Shown piece after piece: positions 1 through 10,789 of a stretch of 64,000 bases of DNA. The position numbers and the translations under genes are program-made. The stretch comes from Camelus dromedarius (lineage: Eukaryota). Location: positions 4,030,001-4,094,000 of the forward strand of contig NC_087436.1 in NCBI RefSeq assembly GCF_036321535.1. The letters run 5' to 3'. Position 1 is the first letter of the stretch. Every line of letters begins with the position of its first letter. Under the pieces are notes generated by a model that worked only from the letters and a program-made list of their open reading frames with translations, did no database searches and was not told where the DNA came from.

Positions 1-699
1 CAACCACAGACAGTGGACAGCTTTTCACTAAATTACTCGAACAGCCCATCGGACTACCTGGAAACCCTTTACTTCTATTAAACCCTCTTCTGGGTACTTC
101 TGATTGGTGGACTTGGCCTCTGACTGGCCTACTCAGAGAGCTCCCAGCCTCACATCCGGGGGTGGGAGAGGAAACTGCAGTTGGGGGAAATCAGTGCGGA
201 ATACGGACATCCTCCCGCCAGGTCTGCACGGGTAGAAGTGCCACAACGTGCTAAGAAATTATACCGTCATTACCCCTGGGCTCCCATGGACTGGTTTCAC
301 ATTAACCAAACTCATGACACACTGATGCAAGAAAACCAGAAATTTAACTTATTAATGTAACAGAAGACGTGAAACTATGAACCAGACTGCAATATCAGAG
401 TTCAACCATGAGTACATGTTCTCCTCAATGGCCCAATCACGGGCAGGCAGTCACATGGCAAGCGTGGACAGAAGCAGAGCAGCAGAAAGGGTTTCTAGAT
501 TAATTCAATGGACTGAATTTCTGTTATACCAACAGATCTACTGTCTGGAAAACAACGCTAATCACGGTGCACTCTTCATGGACAGTGGCCAAGACACGAC
601 TGTGAGCACCTGTGTGACTCTCCTTTCTCTGTCCTTTCTGGGCTAACTGATGCACAGACGTACAGAGATCCAGGGATGCAGATACATCTAAACACCCAA

Positions 700-925
700 A
701 GCCCATTTTCGGAGCCTCAAAACCAGACAGCCAGGGTTTAAATACCAGCTCTGCCGCTTACTATTTCTGTGACCTTGGCCAACTTACCCTCTGTGTGCCT
801 CAATTTCCACACTGTAAAACTGGTATAAAAATCAAACTTTTCTTACTCGCTTGTTGAGAAGATTGAAGGATACATTTCTGTAAAATGCTCAGAAAAAATG
901 TAGCACATTTTTGGTGCTCAACAAA
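700..925. mobile_element. MIR SINE remnant (others near 3900-4080, 29480-29690, 35890-36070 and 62170-62510)
   Basis: ccagctctgccgcttacta...ctgtgaccttggcc...gcctcaatttcc...ctgtaaaa core. Confidence 0.7.
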
Positions 926-3900
926 TATCAACTTAATATTACAGTGGTTTACAAGTCTCCTTTCTAATCATCTCCTGTGTTTCCTGGCTAGACTAAGTCC
1001 CAAAGGAAATCTTCATTTCTCCTTTTATAAACTCTTGGGGTGCACCCTTCTGTTCCATCCCACCACCTGTTTAAACTGAGGGAGGGGATGCCTCCTCCCC
1101 ACTCCTCTGGGCCACGGAGAGTGCTTCTCCCTTCATACCCCTGGCCCCTGGCTCACAGTTAGCCCTCCTCACACTAACAGAGTGAGGTGTGATTCCAGGG
1201 AGACAAGCAGGGCATGTGAAGCCCTTCCTTTCCCTCCAGGGTTGGCCACCCTTGGGAAGCACCTGGGGTGCTCAGCTCCATAGCAGGACAGCCCTTTGCA
1301 TGATGGGGCAGATCTTCTCAAGGGAAGGCTCGCTGTGGCACAGAGATACCTGGGACAGGGTAAGTCTCTATTTCTGGGACACTGTATCACAACACTCATT
1401 TACCCACAACCCTGAAGTTCATGGAGAGCGTGGCTTCATCAGTAAAAAAGAAAACATTTATCGCCTGCCTAGTCTTTCGTATTATCTCTCAGTTGGCTGC
1501 TGGAGACAACATGTGTATAAGTATTGGATCCCCTTAGGCCCCAACATATATGAAGTAACAAAAACTCTGTAGCTTAACGTTGGTTCAGGGCGACTGTGTA
1601 ACGGTCCTGACTCTGCTGATGCTAAATTATGGGTATAGGAACTATGGAACCTCCTCAAATATCTTTCATCATAAAACCAGCTTTTCTTATTTTCCTGTTT
1701 CTTAGTAATTGCCAAAGACCATCAAATGATGGCTTCACACAAAACAGCAGCTAAAGTTTATAAGCCCTCTTGACATAACCACTGTGGTAAACACTTTACA
1801 TAACTTCTAATTCTCACAATTCTACAAAGCAGATACGAGAGTCCCCATCTCACAGACGAGGGAAAAACTCAGAACGAACTGACTCAGGCTCACGTGGTTC
1901 AGTGGCAGCACGTACACGCAAACCCAAGTCAAAAAACTACACCCCTTTGTATATGTACCAAATCATCTCCCACCAATTAACATACATCGGCGGTGTCAAT
2001 ACTCAGGGAACTCAACACACTTTTTAGCTTTAAGTTGCTCCAGAGGCTGCTTCTAGCTCTTTTATAAAATCCCGGCCCACTGATTTCTAACACTGGAAGA
2101 AAAGTCCGATTTTCCCATTGTTTGCACAGCAAGTCTGAAATGTTCACAGCGAGATGACAGAATAAAACTAAGATATAGGCAGAATAATTTTTCCAGGTAG
2201 ACAGACATAATGGACATTGTGCTATTCTGAAGCATTAAGCAAAGAAATCAAAATAAAATCACGTTGTTTAAGCCTTCTTTTAAAAACAGGAAAATTAAGA
2301 CTGTAAGAAGGTGCAACAGCACCACCTACGGCTTAAAAGACCTTCCAGGTTCCCAGGAAAGATGCAACACAAAAATTGCCTGTATGATCAGAAAGGAGAA
2401 TCAGGTAACTAAAAGCTTATGTACCACATACTGCACTTTGCTTCGGGGGAAGGGAGGGGTATTCAGTATTTAATCTGATATTGCTAATACTCCTGAATAT
2501 AAACAAAAGACACAGGCTCATGGAAACTCATCTTAGAGGAGGAAAGAATCCAGTCCAGCCACTTCATTTTACAGGAGGGGAGACTGATACCTTGGATCTG
2601 TCCTCCTGGCAATCAGCAGCAAAGCTCTCCTAGGCCTCATGTCTTGCACTGTAGCAAAAACCAACAGATCTGTACTACGCCTATATTCATAAAAGTCACG
2701 TCTGTATTTTTCCAACAGCAGGTAATCAAAGTATCTTGCAAAATACTTCTCAAAGAGCCAGGAAGTCATACAAGTTTGTTGAAATACAAAAACATTTATT
2801 TACATATTAAAACAGCCTGAGCTTTATTCTCTCTATTAAAAAAGTGACATTTCAAATCAAAATTTTGATATTTTAAAACCTGTTAAGAGTGCAGAAAAAA
2901 TATCAAAATTTTCTTTAATCACAAATGAGAGAAGCTTATTCCCTGAAAATGATCAATGTGGATTTTTCTAAACTTAATGGTTCTGGTCAGAATCTCATGA
3001 ATTTATAAGTCTGAGTGGATATTTACACGGCAACATGAATTCTGAGCTGTAACAATACACATTCTGTGTAAATAATCTTCAAGGTCGTCTGCTTAAGGCA
3101 ATTTAAGTATTCCCTGTTTCACGAGAATGATACAGATTTCATTAAAACTTCATACTGCACTAAAAAAAAAACTGAATCCTTGTTATTTTAAGCCATATTC
3201 ATATATAACATATATATACATATTGAATATGCATCAGAAATAAGCTACACTTTTTAGTATTCAGAATTGATACTTCTAAAGTATCAGTCATTGTGACAGC
3301 ACATTTTTATTAAGCACCTCAACGGTGCTTTGTATACAAGGCGTCTAACTCTCACAGTCAGACAAGGTAAACGATATTACTCAAATTTCACAAATGACGA
3401 AATGTACTTAAGCCATGAAAACAACTAACATATTCATCATCAAGAAAGAAAAGAGTAAGGATTTTACTTACAATACTCACTGACAATCTTTTCTTCCATA
3501 CTAAGACTACATAAAAACAATTCAGTCTTTGTAAATTTTTCAGTCAATAAGCGCCCCTAGAGAAAAACAATAACATCATTAGCAACGGTTGGATTTTCAA
3601 AGCCCACTTCTCTTTTGAACAATAATTATTTTAAATGATTTGTTTTTAGTGCTTACAAAGCACTAAAATAAAAAAAAAAGATATTATCTTTTTAAGTCAT
3701 TACCTGAGAATAAAACATTTGTTAATATGTACAATTTTAATTTATGCCACTCTGTCTCACATTCTCACTGGTGTCTCTCCTTTGAAGACCTCATCAGGCT
3801 GAGATCGCTAAAATCGGTCATTTATGGACTCACAGGATTTCGGGAAACCACTCAACGGGAGGCTGATTAGAGGAGCAATTGAGATTGCATCCTGTGCAGC

Positions 3901-4335
3901 CTGGATTCCAGCACCGAGCTAGACACCGCCAGCTGCGTGAGATTTGGGACAAGCTGGCCCATCTCTCAATCCCTCAGCTGCAAAAAAGGAGACACTGATA
4001 CCTACCCTCAAACACCTGCTATGAAGTAAAACATGAGGAAAACATTTTAGCCTTAGGTAGGTGTCCACTCACAGCGAGTTTGGTCATTATGATGATGAGG
4101 ATGGCTGTTAATAAATTAAGCTAAACCAAAAAGTAGAAATCACCATAAAGGAGAAACATTTTAAGTCAATGAGCATTTCCTTTTGGATGGATTGCAGAAT
4201 ATTCTATTGATTTTTTTAATAAACCAAGATTTGTCGATTAATTATAGATTTACAGGTTCACGGACGAGTCTCCAGAAAAAGAATTAGAGGCCTCTAACCT
4301 CTGAATATTAAGAAAGTAAAGTTTAAAAAAAAACA

Positions 4336-4421
4336 GGGGGAGATTATACCTCATTTGGGAGAGTATGTGCTTAGCATGCATGAGGCCCTCAGTTCAGTCC
4401 CCAGTAATTTCATTTAAAAAA
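4336..4421 (+). mobile_element. tRNA-derived SINE (camelid Vic-1-like), degenerate
   Basis: A/B-box-like head with ...tgcttagcatgcatgaggccctcagttcagtccccagta and an A-rich tail; similar to the copies at 22049 and 49221. Confidence 0.7.
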
Positions 4422-4945
4422 ATTTTTTTAAGAAATGGAGAATTAAAGCAAAATGATGGAGGAATACGGAATTTTTTTAGAGGACTCAACTCAGATTTAA
4501 GATGGGGAAAAAACATCCATTTCTCAGAGGAAATCTTGAGAACTATGTAAACTGGATCTGAGATGTCTAGTCTTTTAACATTATTCAAGAATTCATATTA
4601 CCAAGTCTTAAAACTACCTGATAACCCTCAATGGTGATAGTGATCATAACAGCTGCCAACACGGATCGAGCTCTGGCTAGGACTGCTCTGTTCTGACATC
4701 TCTGCCCCTGAGGCCTCACCAGGCTGAGAGCATTAAATTCGGTCATTCATGAGCATCACGTGTAAGTCCTACATTTGTGCTTCTCACTCCCCCCTTCCCC
4801 AGCCCCTCTGAGGGAAGCACTGTTATCATCTTCCCCACCCGCAGATAAGGCCAGTGAGGCACTGAGACTAAACCCGTTCCAGGTCACATCGGCATTAAAG
4901 GACGTCTGTATTTCTGCTGTTTTGCTTTTGACAAAGGAATCTGAG

Positions 4946-5370
4946 TGTCAGCCGAGGGAGGCTGATGTGGGGTTCTAGGAGGTGAGCGGCCCAAACGAAA
5001 AAATGCACGAGGAGTTGCCATACTGCTGGACAGACTTCAGCCGGAGAATCCATGGGGTTAACAACACTTTATTGCCACAGGGAGGTGCACCCTATGATGC
5101 ACCTGTCCTGCTTTTATCTGTTTTCTGTCAGCACATGCGCGGTCTGAGTTTCTTTGTTCATCAGGCTTACAGAATATCTCTAGCACATGCGTACTTCTAT
5201 TTTCTTTGTTCTAAATCTTATATAATTGACGCATGCGTGGAGCAATTATTTACTGCATACTACAAACATGCTCTGATCGTGGCCTTGGGTCCCACGGCTA
5301 TAACTCATCTCAATGCTCCGATCGTGGCCTTGGGTCCCACGGCCTTAACTCATCTCAACACCAGCTCACA
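4946..5370 (-). repeat. 3' LTR (425 bp) with two copies of a 45-bp U3 repeat (5270-5314, 5315-5359)
   Basis: Direct repeat of 10810-11189. Preceded on the minus strand by the PPT. AATAAA at 5073-5068. Confidence 0.97.
5068..5073 (-). terminator. LTR polyadenylation signal AATAAA (second copy at 10932-10937)
   Basis: tttatt on the plus strand in both LTRs, at the position expected for R. Confidence 0.8.
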
Positions 5371-5381
5371 TTCCACCCCCT
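5371..5381 (-). other. Polypurine tract AGGGGGTGGAA
   Basis: Purine-rich run abutting the TG start of the 3' LTR. It overlaps the env stop codon. Confidence 0.9.
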
Positions 5382-6534
5382 AGGTCGTGGGAACCCTAAC
5401 CCATAGAGCGGAGCATTGTGCCCAAAGGCCACAACAACAATATAGAGTACAGCATCCTACCAATACACAGACAGCAACAATAGCCAGGAGAGTTAGGCTC
5501 CATTTCCAGGAGGACGTCAAGGATGACCACCAATTCTTGAGGGGGTCTTGAGTTATATGATCTATGCGATCCAATTCCTGATCTATTTCATGCAGTGCCT
5601 TAGCTACTTCCTTCTGGTGATCTGGTATATAGATACAACATTCAATATGTAACATAGCACATGTGCCACCCTGGTTTGCAGTGAGAATATCTAATGCCAT
5701 TCTATTTTGTAAGACTACCTTTCGCATCTGGGTAGTCTTGTCTAACTATTCCTCTATAGCTCTTCTAGTAACATTCAGTACAGCTGATATGTGCTGAGCT
5801 AAAACTTCTACCTGAAATTCAACACTGATGGTCCCAGCACCAGGCAGGAACAGGGCCATGGGATAAAACCATCAAGCTGCACGCTTCCCCCGGTGCCACC
5901 GGGTGTGCAGTGGGTCCCAATTTGTGGGGTGCTCTGTCAAAGTGGGCCGGATATGTCCGGGCAAGTAAGCTCTACCCCCAAGTACAGTGCCCTGTCCATT
6001 TATCTGGGAGATAAGACCATCCGTGGATGCCATATACCCACAGATACCCTGGTGGCAGGAAATCAGTGGGTTTTGTGCCAATTAGAGGTCGTCCATCCCA
6101 CCAGGTGGAGGCATTTACATTATAAGTAATTTTGGCACACAGCTCTTCTGGGAGCCACCCCATTGTGTGGTTTGGAGCCTCGTGTTCAAACCGCTGCTCA
6201 ATACAGAGGGGGCTTAAGTTCCTCACTTTCACATGAACATTATTCATCCATCCCCACCCATTCCATACAGTCCTTCCAATTAGGGGGGGTATTGCTCCGC
6301 TCATGTCGGAGTATTTCTTCAATAGTGTTCCGCCGCAAGTCCCAGGGCGATCTCTCTGTCCTGTTGGCATTCCATCGAATCAAGGTGCTCCAATTAGCTC
6401 TGGACGCGGGGTGGAGGTGCCATGGCAGTCTATCTCCTGCGTCTACAGGAAGTTCAGTACAGACCCAACAGTGAGAGACGTTGTGGACTCAAGCGAAAGT
6501 GTGTGCCCAGGAGAACATGGTATTTGCTGTTACC
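5380..6534 (-). pseudogene. env: env (gamma-type SU/TM), disrupted
   Basis: Conceptual translation VTANTMFSWAHTFA*VHNVSHCWVCTELP... with furin site RGKR, fusion peptide WFYPMALFLPGAG, ISD LQNRMALDILTANQGGTC, CAMLHIECC (CX6CC) and TM helix SLTLLAIVAVCVLVG. Stops near 6490, 5873 and 5747; frameshifts at homopolymers near 6286 and 5976. Confidence 0.93.
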
Positions 6535-9500
6535 CTGGATGGAAGGACAGAGCAGAGGTGGACACTATGATTGGCAAATCTCTCCCTTCTGGGAGGATGC
6601 AAGCCATTTTCTCATCCTGTGAGAGTACAGTGGCAGGAAGGGCTGTTCGCCCTGGGCGGTGGTACCACATCAACCCGCCCACACTAGGTTGGTTACACTC
6701 TGGGAGAGCTTCAGGAGCTATCAGTGGAATTGCCCAAAGCTGTAGGGCTTCTGCTCCTTTAAGTAGGGACACTCCTGTTTTCCCTAGAATAACCTGCACA
6801 TCAAAAGGCCATTCCCCCACTCGTGGGGTTACCTGCAGGGCTTTCTCTAGCCCACTGCCCCATGGTTCCAAAAGGGCTAGCCAGGGGCCTTCAGTCTGGA
6901 CCTGATTCTTCCATGTCCAGGTGTCCTGTTTTCCTGAGTTCAACACCCTGGGGGCGCGTAATATTAACGCATGCCCCACTATTGAGACATCGGAGGCATC
7001 CTGCATAGGCCCAATTCTGAGCCTCCGAATAGTCCCTTGCAATAACTTTTCCAGTGGGCTCATACCTGTATGGCGAGGTTGTTCATTCAAAAGATGTACC
7101 GCCTGAGGCAAGACATTGTTCCAGCCTCGCCCTTGTGGTTTGAGAGCCCTCAGTTTGTCCTTTAATAGACCATTGTACCGTTCAATCATTCCTGCTGCTT
7201 GAGGACGGTAAGGCACATGCAATATCCAGTTAATATCATTTTCCTTGGCCCATTCCTGGGTCTGTTGGGCAGTGAAAGGGGTCCCTCTATCACTTTGTAT
7301 TTCTAAGGGAGTCCCATAGAAGGCCCGTAAAACTTCCAGTGCTCTAATAGTAGAGTCTTGTGTAGCTCGGGGCACATGGTGAGCAAAACTTAGGCCAGTA
7401 GCGGTGTCTACCGCTGTCAGCAGGTACCGCAAGCCCGTACTCAGAGCAAAGGGGCCTACGTAATCTATTTGCCATACCTGCAATGGCTGAATTCCCCGTT
7501 CAATCTTCCCCATCTGTTGGGGCCATCGCCGCCGGTGTGGGTGGTGCTTAGCACACCATGGACATTGCCGCACGGCATCTTTGGCTTCACTGTGGCTCAG
7601 GTGCAGGCCCCACCGGTCGGCTACCTGCCTCATTGTGTATGAGCCAACATGACCAAGTTTCTTATGGAGCCACGGACCTATATCGGGTCCTGGGACCATA
7701 GCTTGTACAGGACGGAGTTGGGCTAGCGCGTCAGCAGCATCATTGCCCGGTGCCAGGGCTGGGCGGTGCCCTGGTACATGGTAAACAGTATGGTGGCCTT
7801 CTTGGCCTTTGTCCCATAACTGTTTCCACATCTGTTGTCCCCACAGGGGCCGATGCCCAATCATCCAGTCTTGCAGGGCCCATTGGGGTATCCACAATGT
7901 AAGGCCTCGATATACGGCCCAACTATCTGTACATATATGCAAGGGGCTAGGTTCATTCATCAACACCAGCCATACTGCCCGTAACTCAGCCCATTGGCTG
8001 GATTGGCCTTCTCAGGTCTCATACCAGAAGGCTTCAGTGGCAGGGTGCAGTTCTACTGCAACCCAAGTGGGCGGACTGCCCTTACAAGATCCATCAGTAT
8101 ACCAAGCAGTTCCCGGGGGTGGCCCTTTCCCTTCACGAAAGGGACTGGGGACAGGGTCCACCCCTTGTTGTGGGAGGGTCTGTACATCAGGCGCAACAAA
8201 TCTCACAGGCCCTAAAAACTGCTGCAACCCTGCAGCCAAGGGGCTAGCGGTGTACTGGCTCTCTGTTCCAAATAAACACCCCACTTCGTCAGAGTTGGGG
8301 TTTGGGCAGTTCCTGATCGGGATTGCTTTGCCCATGTCTGTACCCATCCTGCAATAGGGTATGTGGTCTGCACTTGGACCTCTTGCCTCCCCGTCAGGGG
8401 TTCAGTGACAATCAAGGATGCATAAGTCGCTAGCAACTGTTTCTCAATCAGAGAATAATGACATTTAGCCCCTTTCCACAACTGAGACCAGAATCCTATG
8501 GGCACTTTCTACTGCCCATGTTTCTGCCATAAGCCCCAGCCATATCCATCACTGTCCACATGGACTGTCAAACAGAAAGGGATGTCTGGATCTATAGTGT
8601 GCAGTGCTTGCGCTTGGGCCACTGCCCTCTTAGTTTCAACAAATGCACATTCGGTCTCATCAGACCAGTTCCAGATTTCTCCCTTTTTAATCAGTTTATA
8701 CAGGGGTTTGGCTATTTGGGCCAAATGAGGAATAAACACCCGCCAGTATCCCAGAAGACCCAAATAAGTCTGTAACTGTTTAACTGTTTCAGGACGGGAA
8801 TATGCTTGGATTTTGTCTATTACTGCTTCAGGCAGCATTTTTGTCTTACCCGACCAGACAACACCCAAGAATTTGACAGAATATCCAGGTCCTTGCACTT
8901 TGTCCTCGTTCATGGCCCACCCCCAGCCCACCAGGGCTTCTCGCAGCGCTGTGGCACTGGTTTCCAAATCTGAAAGAGAATCAGAGGTTAGCATTATGTC
9001 ATCAATATAATGGAACAAGCGAACGGTATCCGGTTTGCTCCAGGTAGCCAGGTCCTGGGCCACCAGGCCATGACACAGTGTAGGGCTGTGCAGATATCCC
9101 TGCGGAAACACAACAAATGTCCATTGTCTGCCTTCCCAGGTGAAGGCAAACTGTTCTTGGCTCTCAGGGGCTATGTCTATCGAGAAGAATGCATTAGCCA
9201 GGTCAACCACATAGTGACAAGTACCCAGTTCATGGGACAGTCGGTCCATCAAATCTGTTATATTCGGCACAGCTGCATGCATGGGGGGAGTGACTTTATT
9301 CAGTTCCCGATAGTCCATTGTCATCCTCCAGGAGCCGTCTGGCTTCCGCACCGGCCATGCTGGAGAGTTATATGGGCTATGCGTAGCCCGAATTATACCG
9401 GCTTCCTCAAGCTTCAGAATAGTCTGTCCTATTTCCTCATGGCCTCCGGGCAATCGATATTGCCAGACATTCACCACTCTTGTGGCCCGTGGCAAAATCA

Positions 9501-9906
9501 AAGGTGCATGATGAGGATGCCCCCGTATAACTGTTTTCACCATATGGACTCTCAGGCGAAATTCCCCTTGAGTCGTCTGTATTTGCAATCCTTGCAAAAT
9601 GTCTATCCCCAAAATGTATTCAGCTACTGGGGATATATGCACTTCATATGCAGCAGGGGACAGACGGCCAATGCCCAAAATCAGAGTCACTCGTTTAACA
9701 CACATTTGCTTGTTTCCATATCCTTCTATATCAACCCATGGTCCCTGAAAACGCTCCGGATTTCCATGCACCAATGTAATTTCAGCTCCTGTGTCTACTA
9801 GTGCCAGCACTCGCTGTTTATTCATGGGGGACCAGTGAATAGTCAGCTAAACATGTGGCCTCCGGTCATCGGGGTGCCCCACATCCTGAACACCTTGGCC
9901 TTCCTC
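6530..9906 (-). pseudogene. pol: pro-pol (protease, RT, RNase H, integrase), disrupted; RNase H C-terminus plus integrase still open for 478 aa (6530-7966)
   Basis: [27 protein letters not shown]; RNase H WYTDGS/AEL/TDS; H-x4-H...CPWC; WQID, QSDRG, IERYNG. In-frame stops at 9847-9849, 8509-8511 and 8012-8014; frameshift near 8250. Confidence 0.95.
6535..6560 (-). promoter_or_regulatory. env splice acceptor CACCTCTGCTCTGTCCTTCCATCCAG|G
   Basis: Long pyrimidine tract plus CAG at the very end of pol, directly before the first env-homologous residues. Confidence 0.7.
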
Positions 9907-10780
9907 CTAGTCTGGGAGGAAATCAGCAAAGGCCACCTCTTGGGCCTGATGGGAGGTTGGCAATGGAGTATATTGTTGCTCAGGCCATAATTTCTTCCAT
10001 AAGGCCATCAGCACCTCCAATGGCTGGCCATCTAATTTTACATGGTCCAGGCCAGCTGCCAGTAAATCACACCATATCTGCCAGCGATCTAGCTTTTGGG
10101 GCCCTCCTAAAATTGGAGCATTCCCCTTTTTCCTCCTTGGTGTGGACTTCCCTTTCTGTGTCACTGCACAGGAGGAGGGGATCTTGGACTCACCTTGAGT
10201 CTTGGCAGCATGTACCCCCTTTCAGCGCACCTCTATGTCCCCCAGACGAGCCAGAGCCTCAGTTACTTCATGAATGGGGTGGTCTACATACGGTGCTAGT
10301 AGCGCCGCCATAGTCCCAAATGTTCCCGTTGGGCCATTAGCCAAAATCAAATCTTTTATTCGAGCTGTAAGGAGCTCATCATCTGGATGCTCCCAGGGGC
10401 AGTGGGACCGGAATTACATAGGCATAGCTGCTCTCAGAGGCGGCGGAGCTAGGACCATGCAGACATCTTTCTGCTGTGCTGGGTCTCTGCTTAAGCTCCT
10501 CTTGCATCTGTAAACCTCTCATGTCTTGGCTAGCATGCCGTAAAACAGAAAAGAACATCCAGGCCACCCTCCCGGCTGCCTCTTGGTGGGCTAATGGGAC
10601 ATTATTTTCTAACAGCTCCAACGCCCTCCGAACATCATCTGGCTGGGGCGCCACTGTGTCCCAAACCTCAGGTTGAGCCCACGTCAGCAAATAGGCTGCC
10701 ACCGGGTATCATATAGAGGTAGGGGGCCACTTTGCATCCACCAGAGCATCCCCGTCAGGGGCAGGGGGTTCAGAAGGGGC

Positions 10781-10789
10781 ACTCACCTC
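10781..10789 (-). promoter_or_regulatory. Major splice donor GAG|GTGAGT immediately after the PBS
   Basis: Near-consensus donor; the exon ends at 10787. Confidence 0.75.

Noticed and set aside
3780..4760. Degenerate ~55-bp direct repeat (caggctgaga...cggtcatt) at about 3790 and 4715
   Set aside because: Short, old local duplication with no sign of function.
9010..9801. 263-aa plus-strand ORF (also 6303-6905 and 7809-8357) antisense to pol/env
   Set aside because: 9010-9801 is codon-aligned with the RT frame, a typical shadow ORF. None of the three has recognisable motifs or expression signals.
10164..10197. Second strong donor AAG|GTGAGT and nearby acceptor in gag as a foamy-like spliced pol route
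   Set aside because: They are only about 30 nt apart, and joining the major donor to this acceptor does not reach the pol frame from either LTR ATG.
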